Shown in pieces: positions 40,829 through 52,264 of a stretch of 64,000 nt of DNA. Source of the DNA: Phoronis australis (lineage: Eukaryota; Animalia; Phoronida); the NCBI GenBank assembly GCA_002633005.1, contig NMRA01000060.1, positions 783,417 through 847,416 on the forward strand, written 5' to 3'. The notes under the pieces are model-generated. The model was not told the origin of the DNA. It saw nothing but the letters and a program-made list of their open reading frames with translations, and ran no database searches. Within the stretch, counting starts at the first letter, position 1. Each line of letters opens with the position of its first letter. Made by a program: the position numbers and the translations under genes.

Positions 40829-41674
40829 GAAGTGCTGCGGATGCACTTGCGAATAATTTAGGGAATTTCATCTACAGCGCTGCGGTGTTTACAAATACAT
40901 TATGGGATAGTTGTCGACTCGTTAACGTCCGGGGACATCACAGAAAACTCATGCATTATGGTGACTAAACTATATGACGGAAAACAGTACTTATAACTCA
41001 GCTAACCATACGAGTCCCGGGCACTGCAACGTAATTTTAGGTGCGAGTATCACTAAGCAACCATCACACATAATACAGTAAAATTAAAAAAGAAGCCGCA
41101 AAATGCATCAAATGAATACATACATGTAGATTTTTAGCAAATCTTTTGAGCGAAAGATTCTCGCAGTTCTTTTCGGATCGTGGAAATCGACTGTACAGAA
41201 ACGTAATATTTTTAACAGAAGTTTTCAAAATATTCAACTTTGTTTAGCCATCCTCTACGGTTTAATCTCGGCAGGTCAATGCTTAAACTCATTTTAGAGG
41301 TTACGTGAAATTACTTCCGTGATCAGATTGAATTTGTGACGTACGCGATGCCTGTCCGACATTGAATTATACTCTACCGAGCTGCGAATTCATGAACTCC
41401 TTGCTGACGGATTACTAGCTCCGAATTACTAACACGGTAACATCGCCTGCAGGTGAGTTCTGGCACATGTAGGACATGCATTATGCAAACTGTGCATTTA
41501 TGTATTTTGTGACAATATTAGCGATGTATTGAAGAAGAAAAGAGCTGGAATATTTAAACGTCGTCATGCATAGGAGCAGTGTCGGCGTCATTTGTTACTT
41601 TCGTTGCTAACCACGTTACATTTCAACATCTCACTGAACTATTTTGGATAGATTTGAATATGTTTACTTTGCAG

Positions 41675-41838
41675 TGCGAGGTGTACATGCTCACAAAAAA
41701 GGCAGTTATGAAACAAAATGGTGGTCAAACATACTTCAAGATCAGAAGGAGTGCGGCCTGGCAGACATAACGCCCGACCTCAAGATGGAGCGCACTGTTG
41801 GCGGCCAAGAGGCTGTTCCCGGTAGTTGGCCCTGGACG
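41675..41838 (+). CDS. Trypsin-like serine protease: propeptide/activation exon
   Basis: tttgcag|TG ... ACG|gtgag. Encodes ...KECGLADITPDLKMER-TVGGQEAVPGSWPWT. Confidence 0.9.
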
Positions 41839-42746
41839 GTGAGTTTCCGTTGGTCTTAGTAGCCAGATTTCTACTGTGGAAGATACTAAATACAATGACA
41901 AGCTTTGCTCCACGCTATTGGCCACGTAATATGGTATAAGAGTTAAAACGGTTATTTCAGGTTTTATTATGTTCTGTATAAGCGTCGCTATTGTCCGTCG
42001 TTGTCACTTTTAAGGAATTTATTCGCCCAACCTTTTATAGTATTCAAGCTACAGATGTAGATGGATAATATGTTGTTGGCTGAACCATCTGTTAAATGTC
42101 CTTCTGTATAGCTTTTACATAGTTTGGTCCTTGTATTGAAGATTAATTGGCAGAAGTTGCACACATCAATGTTAAAGAGGCAGAATAAAAGGCCTTGTCA
42201 TAACACAAAAATAGGATAACAAATCATTTTGGAAAAATGAACCTTTCTAGGGGATTGACTTGGACATGTCTTGGGCTTTTTGTACAAAGGCACCTTTTCA
42301 GAGAGGAACTGTGGAGAAAAGTCATCTTTCTGGGAGGCATATACACCCCTATGGCCATGCGCCACTTTGAAAATCAACCTGGTCTTGTGGTAAATGGGCA
42401 GAGAAAACTACGTATCCACTTTCTGACTAAGTTGGGAATAGTCCGTGAGTCATTACACGCATCTAATTGGCTCAAACTTGGTTTGAAAAAACTAATCTGC
42501 CGAATTGCCATATCTTACTATGGCGCTGTGTGTAACCTACGCTTACTGTTATGACCTTATTTGGTGACCTCATTTCGTTTCCGAAGATGAAGTTGGACAC
42601 AACAAAACATGTCAAGGTGTAAACATCAATCATATAAATCATAAAATGTTTCCAGACGATCAGTGCAATGGACCAACCTGAGCGGCCTGTACAATGTACC
42701 AGACCGCCTGTAATTATTTTTAATAAACATCTCGTCTCTCACCGTG

Positions 42747-42936
42747 TTTTGTATAGTCCACCTGGGTGTGTCCCCCGGGCTTATGGTTCATGACTGTGAT
42801 AACTATGTTTCACTTCGCCCACCTGAGTACGTGCCCCAGGCTTGTGGTTTATGACTGAGATATCTATGCTTTGTATGGTCCACTTGAGTATGTCCCCTCG
42901 GGGATGTAGTTTATGACTGTGATAACTATGTTTCAG
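42747..42936. repeat. Three ~61-bp tandem units directly abutting a splice acceptor
   Basis: CCACYTGRGTRYGTSCCC..GG..TRTGGTTYATGACTGWGATAWCTATG repeated three times. Confidence 0.8.
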
Positions 42937-43040
42937 GTACAAGTAATTTTAGAATCTGGAGGTCTGTGTGGAGGTATCGTGATATCGAGAGACTGGGTAC
43001 TTACAGCTGCCCACTGCTTCTCGCCGGTTGGGCCAGCAAT
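42937..43040 (+). CDS. Serine protease exon with catalytic His
   Basis: tttcag|GTA ... AT|gtgagt. Encodes VQVILESGGLCGGIVISRDWVLTAAHCFSPVGPA. Confidence 0.93.
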
Positions 43041-43504
43041 GTGAGTCGATATAATTACTATTACTAAGCGGTGTTACCACTATAAAAGGGTTACAGGCGA
43101 TAATTTGTTTACTAAAAACTTCACTGAGCGAGGAAATGGTTATGCCAAGGAATAAATCGGTTGGTATTATATTTTCATGTTTCGTAGAATGCCAACGAAA
43201 TGAAAGACAGGCATGAACGTTGGGGTAGTTTGTATAAAGCCGCAGACTATGGTAACTACACATATTCATGACCCAATCACAAAACAGCGGCAGTTTGTGA
43301 AGACTTTAGGCGATTAATAAAAGTATGTTCAGAGATTTGGAAATACAGGTATTTATGGTTGTGGCCCCCTCCCCCAGGGATAGTCTAGCTGGAGTAACAA
43401 AACATGTTAGTTGATCTCGTGGAGTAACTTACGTGTTTTGATGAAGTTCAAAAATAAAATTCATACGTATACCTATATCACTGCCTGTCTTTCGGAATGA
43501 CTGT

Positions 43505-43730
43505 CTGGCCGTAAATTGTGCTCCAGACTCCTGTTTGGGAGACACTGTTAGGTTCGAATTCTGTCTTCACTTCCTGACAATCGAGCATTGCACAAAGATA
43601 TCTTTTACTCCTCTGAGCTTGGTCTTACAAGTGAAAGTATGCAAGGGACTGATGCACTGATGAGAACCTGGATGTAATGCGAAAGCGATTTCTGGGGCTG
43701 CGCTCATATTTATATTTTATTTTTTATGTA
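43505..43730 (+). mobile_element. Possible decayed SINE
   Basis: B-box-like GGTTCGAATTC (~43551), weak A box, T/A-rich tail. Confidence 0.3.
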
Positions 43731-44132
43731 TTGTTGTTGGCCTTTCTATGTCTGCCTGTCTGTTGGTCTGACCCTCCACGTGATGGTACGATGACACAAT
43801 AACACCAACAAAAATCGCCATTGTGTCGTCAACGATGTCGTTGAGTTGTTAAAGTTTGTTACATCTGTTACAGTTTGTGGTCTAAGTATTTTGATACTTA
43901 GACAACAAACCTTTAGTTGCAAACATGTTTTAAAATGCCACAAAAATGAAATATGGCAGAATACGGGTTTGTACTTCGAAAGTGTACAGATTCGACAGCC
44001 TGTACCGACGCAACAAACATACGACAGGTAGAACTGCATACTAGTAGTGAAACTTAGTTGCGATCAAACTTTGCTAAAGTAGTTTTATTTCTTACTTTTA
44101 ATAGCAGAAAAATTGTCTCAATTTGCAAACAG

Positions 44133-44518
44133 GGCCCGGTCTCTAATCTTTGTACTTGAAACGAACTCGAAACTATTTTTGGCAATTTCTCTTCTCCTTT
44201 TGTGCGGTTATCAGACTGTGCTCGAATACATTATAGTTTATGCATAGGAGTTTCTAGTTCAAGTTTACCCTTGAAGATCCTTATATTCATGCTACAAACT
44301 CGAGTAAAAACTCGAAATTTCGAGTTCAAACTCGAATTTATTGCTTTAATATTGGGTTTACAAACTGTGAACTAAGGTCAATAAATTATCTACGTAAGTT
44401 ATTGTGTACTCGAGCGTAGAATAATAGACACTTATCTTGAGTTCGCCCAAAAGTAGAGTAGAAAATGCCAAACCTAATTTCGAGTTCCATTTCGAGTAAA
44501 ACGATTGGAGACCGGGCC
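44133..44518. mobile_element. Harbinger-type MITE with CAG TSD
   Basis: TIRs GGCCCGGTCTC(T/C)AATC, CAG on both flanks (44130-32, 44519-21), internal AACTCGAA/TTCGAGTT repeats. A CWG TSD is known for Harbinger elements. Confidence 0.82.
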
Positions 44519-44567
44519 CAGATGTTTTAGTAACTTGAAATGCCACCATACTGTGTGCATGTTTCAG

Positions 44568-44911
44568 ATTATTTCGGAAGGCTGCACAGTGTGGCTTTAT
44601 TTCAGTCGTCGCAGGCATACACGAAAAATTCTATATTGGGATTACTGAGCTTCGCCCAGGAGAGCAGAGAGTCTTCGTTAAAGATGTATTCCTTCACCCA
44701 AAGTTTGACTACACAAACTACAGGAATGACATTGCATTACTGAGGCTGAAATCTCCATTAAAGTTCAACGCTTTAGTTCAACCACTGTGTCTTCCTAGCC
44801 CTCAGATGAAAAAATTCGATGCTAGCGACCTCTGTGTAGCCGTCGGTTGGGGACAGACAGGCGGGAGAAGCGAACTGGAAGAGACGTTCGATCCCGAGCA
44901 GGCAGTTGAAG
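44568..44911 (+). CDS. Serine protease exon with catalytic Asp (frame absent from ORF track)
   Basis: tttcag|A (phase 2) ... GAA G|gtatt. Encodes LFRKAAQCGFISVVAGIH...VFLHPKFDYTNYRNDIALLRLKSPLKFNALVQPLCLP...CVAVGWGQT. Confidence 0.93.
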
Positions 44912-45084
44912 GTATTAATCGAACAACTGCGAGATTTTTCGAATAAGCAGTGTATACTTCTAACTTTCAAATTTTAGGTGTGGACAAATGTAACTTATCG
45001 CCATGCAGTTTTACCAGCCGTTTGCAATACTTAACGGTGCAAACGACGTGTCCAGTTGACTGATGGTTTTACCGACTTTTTCAG

Positions 45085-45215
45085 CGACAAGTTTGAATCA
45101 AGTCATTCTACCCATTATCGATAAAAAAATGTGCGACAAAGTAAACATTAAGGACATCGGTGTGGACACTAAGAAAATGTTGTGCGCAGGCGCGCCAGGA
45201 AAAGATACTTGTGGG
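45085..45215 (+). CDS. Serine protease exon (S1 pocket Asp189)
   Basis: ttttcag|CG ... GGG|gtaag. Encodes ATSLNQVILPIIDKKMC...MLCAGAPGKDTCG. Confidence 0.93.
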
Positions 45216-46639
45216 GTAAGTATCCTCGTGCGGACTAGCAGAAGACAAAAAAAAAAAAACGCGAATTACTGAAATAACGAACTGTACCAAGATTTTTATT
45301 GCAAACTGATTTTTTTACTGTGATTTTCCGTTGATGACATCCTCAAAATGCCAAACACTAGTTAAAATGATACTAAACTCTGTTTTGGTGATCTAACAAT
45401 CCTCGTCGTGTGACCTGCAATGCGTCATAGTACCGTAGGCGTTCCACTTGATAGAAAAAGGATTCAACTGAAAACTCGAACTCTGTGAGTCAAAGATTAG
45501 ATATTATGTTTCTTGTTGTGTGGTCTTTTCCTGGTTGTCACGTAACTCGGCTAAGGCGTAAGTCACGCTTAGCAGACTTTGTAAGGTTTCAAACTTTGCT
45601 CCAAACTCTTGATGGTACACTTGTTTTTAGACTGTTAATGGGCCAAAACTGGGTTTGGAATCCGTTTCATAGTACTTGATCAGAAACTTTCGTCTTGAGT
45701 TGCTGGGTCGATTAATTGACGATTTTTTTTCTGTAAACGGCGCACACTAGGCGAAAATTTCAATGCGAAATTTCATGAATTAAGTTTACCCCATGTACGT
45801 GGTTCTGTCCCACTCATTAAGCGAAAGTTTCCCAGCGGTGTACGTTTTTTAAAGAGGTACATGTACAGTCGGTTACAATGAAGTCAAATAAAATACCCAA
45901 AGTTGAGCGCAGTTAAAACGGGACTTCGATTTTATTGCGTGATTGTGCTATAAATTTTGCTATAAATTTTCCCAAAATCTGTAAAGCCTGTACCAACTCT
46001 CGACTTGTCAGTAGAACCACGTGGTCTTTATGTACCGCCTCTCTCACAAGCTTCCTTTGGCAAGCATGAAATTTCATAGTTCAGACACGTTGTCTTAAAA
46101 CTCATAGTTTAGCAATTACTAGGATATCGGGTTTTTAAAGCGCATTTGGACATTTAGGAAAAAAGTTATGTGTAAAAATCCTAACACGCATTACGACGTC
46201 TTTCTAACGTTGAAATAACGTTAGCACGTCGGTTGAGATTTGGTTGTAAATACATTGAAAATGATAGTTATTAGATGCCGATTTCCAACGTCTATTCGAC
46301 GTCGGGTCGGACAAAATAACGACGTTTCAACAACCAAAATTCGACTCTGATTTAGACGTCGACAGAATATCGAAGTCTAAACAACCTATTTGGAAATTTT
46401 TGAGACTCGGTAAAATGATTGATTGATTAATTAGACATTGGAAGCATTATAAATTATTTCAAATGCAAATTAGATATATGCTTAAAATCAACTGAAATTT
46501 TTAATTTTAAGCGTTTGCGTCGTGGATGTCTGCTGGTTTGAAATTTTTAGGCATGGTCATGGAATCGTTTGCATCCGTGAACACATAGCTTACCTCTCGT
46601 GCAATTCCCGTCATCAACGTGTAATTTTTTACTTTTCAG

Positions 46640-46712
46640 GGTGACAGCGGGGGTCCGTTGGCATGTAAATCATCCAGTCGGAAAAATACAGAGCTGAGGT
46701 GGTTCGCCGTGG
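46640..46712 (+). CDS. Serine protease exon with catalytic Ser
   Basis: ttttcag|GGT ... GTG G|gtaag. Encodes GDSGGPLACKSSSRKNTELRWFAV. Confidence 0.95.
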
Positions 46713-48212
46713 GTAAGTTCCCTTTTCTGGCCTATCTTCTAGTCACCAGGTGGCGAGACCGGCTTGTCTACGAATATTTGTCTCGCATCCAGTACAGCCA
46801 GCGTAAGGGTCTGGTGAACATACCTGACATCTGCCGGGTTTTCCATTATATAGTTAAACCAGTGAAACATAAAAAACACCCTTTTGCAATCTATCGGTCT
46901 CAAAAAATGACTGGAATGAGAGAAACACTAGGACAAGCAATTTAATTGAGATGTTGAAATACATGTACGCATGTAGGGCCGTTGTCCAAAAACCTGATCA
47001 AATGACCTTGATTTCGAATAGTTCACCACGTTGTTATGCTAATGGAGGCTAGATGAGAGACAAGGCCGCTCAATGGCGACCAAATAGCACTCGGCGTAGA
47101 AACTGACTGACGACTCGCGAGCCAGTCCGCCCAACGAGTTCCTCATAGACACATGTTAAATCTAGATTGTTATGTTTCAAGGGTACAATATCTTTCTAAA
47201 ATTGAAATTTTATATTTGTTCCCCTCAAAAAGGTGCCACCAGTGTCAGTGACGAGCCACCGCAACAGCTGTGTGGTAAACCCCGTACCAGAAAACACTTC
47301 GAAATCTCGGTTGTCGGATAAATTTAAGAGTGATGCAATAAAGAGGAGGTTCATTGGTCATTTTGCATTGCTTTTGATGTCCGATATTACAAGAAAATAT
47401 CAAGCGTTGTTCGCCTGAAAATTACCCACATGCGAAGACATAACTCTGTCCAGATACTATCAGTAAGATCGGGAACGCATCACCAATGCTGTCCTGGTAC
47501 GATAAAACTTTCTAGTGTAAAGCTAGGAACCAGGGTTTGCCGCGTTGCTATTCCTTCTCTCACTGGTTCCTTGTGTAAAGTTATGACTAAATAAATGGCC
47601 TGCCCTTTTCATTTCCACAATCTAAATCATCGCTACTCAGGGACGTCATTGTCTCACATTGTGTAAATGTGCACAGCTAGTGCGGGCTACCTTCACTCCA
47701 AGGTTGTAGTGATCTGATGCGGGTGACCACGTATTCAACTGGACATTAAAAAGACTTACTACAATCAGCACCTAGCTCGTAAAACGCCGACATGTTATTT
47801 TCTATCTACCATACAAACAGGTCTGTTTTTCCACACCATTATACAGAAAATATGTTCTATCCCCGAACAAGCCAATCAACTGCACACCGGGAAGATAGTG
47901 AAATGCCATTAACTTACTTCAGGTGTGGCCAACCCTTCCAAGACTGAACCGCTTCAAACATACCAATCACGCGTAATAACTTAATTCACTCTGATGGTGG
48001 AAGCCAACTTCTTTCATGGCAAAATGCTCCTAACGGTAGTTCACGTTTAAGAATAGATTTAGCCGGTGCGGTAAGTACATGTAGGTGCGCAGTCATGAAG
48101 TTTGGGGATATTCAGTTTAAAATCGCCAATTATTTAGTAATGTTTCAAAATCGCCAGTTTTGTGGCAGTGTACAGTGTGTACTGCGTCGTTAATTTGCCA
48201 TTTTGTTCGCAG

Positions 48213-48385
48213 GTATAACAAGCTTTGGTGACAAAGAATGCGTCGGTGCCAAGGTTGGTGTCTATACACAGGTGTACGCCTACAGAGAATGGATCAAGTC
48301 TATCGTTAGGGGGCGGCGCAGACCGACTGCACTGACAAATTGCGACAAAGAATTTAAAGAGATAGTTGAACCATTTTTAGGGTAA
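48213..48385 (+). CDS. Serine protease terminal exon
   Basis: ttcgcag|GT. Encodes GITSFGDKECVGAKVGVYTQVYAYREWIKSIV plus an extension RGRRRPTALTNCDKEFKEIVEPFLG*. Confidence 0.93.
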
Positions 48386-49199
48386 ACATAACGAAAGACG
48401 AGAAGAGTTGGCTATCCTATGTGTCGTTTAAATTCAACTTTAGAGCCAAGTGCAGTGCAACACTCGAGTAAAGTGCGCGGAATTACGTTGCTACCAGTAG
48501 ATCCATGTTAAGCTAGGCGTACTGGGGAATGGAGGATCATTGCAACATGCCACCAATGGTTCTCTTAGGTATCATGTTGGCTGCAGTGTTTGCACTAACT
48601 TGAGTTTACTTATATAGGTTTGTTGAAGCGTTTGTTTAAACAAAACTCAATGCGGAGTGTTTCTTCAACAGCTCTTGGTAAATCTTCTCATCTTGAGTTT
48701 TTCAATATATGTGCACATTCTAACACAAACAGTTTGTTGCTTCCAAGCTGGTTCAAAGATAAAGTGTACGCCATATTACCATGCAAGAAATACACAGCGG
48801 AAACTCATTCAAAAGGAGTTGCTTATGGTGTACTCTTTTTAGAGGATTGTTTAAAAGGATACCAACCCGTTTTTTTTGTTTATTAAGAGATACTAATATT
48901 AGAGCAACGCATAGATTTGAAATGCGCCCACGACTGCAATGCAAGTGGTGTGCTTCTAATGGTGTTTGTAATATATCATAAAAATGGCCATTGGATGTTG
49001 CAGAAACCCCTATGAAATTTGGAAAGCATTACCGTCTCTCTGTTCCAAAACTGTTTGTCAAATTTCATCAAAATTCACCAAGAAACTCCAAATATACAAA
49101 GTCAGACGTAAAAGAACTGCCGTTAGAAGCCACAGCGGTAGTTGAATCCGTCCATTTGATGGCAAGTTAATAGGAACAGAAATGACAATTGGACAAGGG

Positions 49200-51885
49200 A
49201 AGTGGCGGATCTACGGGGGGGGTTCAGGAGGTTTAAACCCCCCCCCTTGGGCCAGGACCCAAAAATAAAAAACAAAAACGTACTGCAAAACAGAAACGAC
49301 ACCGCCAGCGTGTGTAAACCTAAAGTAAACCAACTTGGAAAAAATGAGGGGAGGGCGAGAGCGGGGGTTCACTCTTAAAATATAATTTTTTCCATTGCGA
49401 ATTCCTGTTATGAAAATCAACGCATTTCGAGTCTTCGTGGCTCATCGGCAAAACGCGCGGAAATCAATTGTGCGCGCGCTTCCGTCGACACTCCTGAAGT
49501 AGTCAAGCATTTTGATGGATCCAACGCTGAAAGAGCAGTTCTATAGCTAATTTCTTTAAGTAACTAGCTTCTTTACTATAAGATATGTTTTGATTTAATC
49601 AGGGGAAATACTGCGGTACCACAACCCTGATATTTAGGCGAATTGACGTGCAACGTTTTTACCTCATCTGTCATGCCGTGTCATTCCATTATACCCCACA
49701 CGTTTGTAACTCGAATTTGACTGGTGTATTGTAAAGTTGTCTTGCGCAATATCATACAGTGTACACGTACATGTAATATTTTTGAAAAGAACTCGTTTTC
49801 TGAAGAATTGCTATTGTCGCGGGCGCCGTGGTCTTGTCGCGAGTTCGTTTGAAGATACACTCTAACAAGTTATGTCTATACAAATAATGACCAAGGGAGC
49901 ACTCACATTGACAAAATGACCGCATTCGCGAACAGTTTACTGTACCAGAAGTTGCGGGGAGGCTGTATTTTCACAGCAAAGTCTTGCGGGACTCGTGCGA
50001 TGTTCACTAGGCCTCCTAAGGAGCCCTAGTTTCGACCACAACAACTACCGTCTTTTTACCTGCAATAAGTACCACTGCCGTCTTCTATACTGGGAATTTC
50101 CGCAGAAAGGCCCACTCGATGAAAAGCCCATGCCCATGGGAATTTATTTGATGTTAGTAGGCCTACTTGGGATTTCAAGCGTTCAGACATTGGGACGTTT
50201 ATTCCGAAAATGGCAAGAGATGCAAATAGGTCCTGGGATACATCGTCTAGGTTTGAAGTAGTTCATGATGAACGGATCTAATTTAGTTGCGCATGTAAGT
50301 CTTTTGAATGGACTTGGTAACCTCAGGGGGCTTACTGCCAATTGAGCTGCGAAACGAGATGCTGACATTGTAGAGGCTTACAAGCTCATTGACACAGCAG
50401 TTGACGAAGTGTAAGCGTTGGGAACAAACATTGAAGATGTCTGGGTAGAATGGTTCTAAGACAAGCAAACCATTGGATCCGATATACAGATTCCTCGGCA
50501 GTCCAGACAACAGCAGGATAGGACTAACGTTCCTGGAGAAAAACCCACGTAATAAGTTATAATTCTACACAGTTTGTACATAATGTCGGTTTTTATGCTT
50601 GTGTACAATGAAAACGAAATAGAAATTATTTTTGGTCATGCCAAATTTACCCAGTACAGCAGAGGGTCTACGAGCCCACAGAAACTGATTCTGGTTTATA
50701 TTTCCACTTGGCTCTATCTGCTTCGTATCCAAAATCTATTTCATGTAGTGTGTAGTTAAATTTGTTCTCAATACTTGCTTCTTCCAATGAGTACAACAGA
50801 ACGGTGCGAAAACCTTTCCTAGACAACCTCTCGCAGCAGTTGACGACCAGATGTATAAAATACACGTACACTGTATGAGCAACCACTGGGTATTAAAAAG
50901 TGTCCAGAGAGAAGTTTTCAATTCAAAACAGTACGCTTTAGGTCTCGCGACGGACCAGGCCAGATTTATTTGTGTAGATATTGAGATTCAGTGTACTTGT
51001 GGTCCCTCGGCGAACTAGTCTTGTGATGTTTTTTACCGGAGTGTGCCTTGTCAGCCAGTACTGTTTGGACCGGCCGCGAACAGATCGACTATTTTTATAG
51101 GGATAATAAGCACAGGTGTACTTTTGGTCTCGTGACTGACCAGGACAGCCTTTCTGTGTACTCTCGGTGTACATCTGGTCCCACTGCGAACTGGTCCTGT
51201 ATATCTTTTCACCACGATGTACAGAATGTTTTGGTTTCGTGAAACTGTTTTCAGATGATTTGTTTCCTAATACATTTGACGTTTTTCAATTGCTGTCAAC
51301 GTGATTCAGCTTAATAAAGTGATACTTAATAATAGACTATGATATTAGCTAAGAGCACCATCGTTCGCCAGTTTTTCTTGTAACGAGACAGAACACATGT
51401 TTATTTCCGGACAAACAGTACAGGTCTTCGTTCTTAAACAACTTGAGGCTGCTGTTACGCGATCATCTGATATTCAATTTTTTACGCCGCGTCGGTGCTC
51501 CTTATGCTCTTGAATATTTGGTAGTTGTCTAAACCCTACACACACACCACAATTTTTCATATACGGCTTTTCGTATAAGCAGATGTTCCAACATAAATTT
51601 TTGCTAGTGGCGTGACTCATACCCAGATGTGCACAAATATGGTTTCACGAAACTTATGAGCCAAGTTCATGTGACAAAATCCAGAAGGGCATGAGACATG
51701 TTAAGTGCCAGAAACTTAGCAGGATGCATGGAAATTTCACTATTTGGCTACAAAAACAAAAAATTCTCTTACACGGAAGGGGGGAACCCCCTCCCGACCT
51801 ACCCCCTCTCGGCGCCACGCGCCTCGGATTCGACCTTTGCGGAAATCCTAAACCCTCCTTTACTGAAAACGTAGATCCGCCACTG
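49200..51885. mobile_element. 2.7-kb non-autonomous TIR DNA transposon
   Basis: AGTGGCGGATCTACG (49201) and CGTAGATCCGCCACT(G) (51870) are perfect 15-bp inverted repeats, with AAGGG on both flanks. No transposase ORF. Confidence 0.75.
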
Positions 51886-52180
51886 AAGGGTTTCGTAGAT
51901 ACAAACGCAGATGCTATAATAATATCACTAGGTAACATCACAGTTACATTAGATCCTTCTGAAAGTCCATGTCAGTCGTGCTCATGTCACTATAGGAACA
52001 CATCTGCCAATACAGAAGCAAACAGCAAAACATCTGAAGCTAATTGACATGACCACTAGGTGGCGCAAAATATGTCAAATCCATCGCAAATTGCGAAGAT
52101 ACTGTCATTTTCATAATAGGAACTTGTTTCCAAATTTCATAAAAATTTTTTTAAGAAACTTGGAAGATATAGATGCAAAG

Positions 52181-52264
52181 GTCATCTGTGGTGCAGTGGT
52201 TAAGGTGCTGGACTCGAATAATTTGTAGTTTCAGAAGTCGTGGGTTCAAATCCTGCCTCAGACA
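52181..52264 (+). pseudogene. tRNA-like sequence (tRNA pseudogene or SINE head)
   Basis: A box TGGTGCAGTGG (52189), B box GGTTCAAATCC (52243), and an anticodon arm CTGGA/TTCAG separated by a ~10-nt extra insert. Acceptor stem imperfect. Confidence 0.55.

Noticed and set aside
43654-43712. Hammerhead-ribozyme-like core CTGATGAG...CGAAAGCG...CGCTC
   Set aside because: Stem III pairs, but stems I and II do not. At best a decayed relic.
46160-46540. ACGT/GACGTC-rich block, possible DNA-transposon remnant
   Set aside because: Termini and TSD could not be defined.
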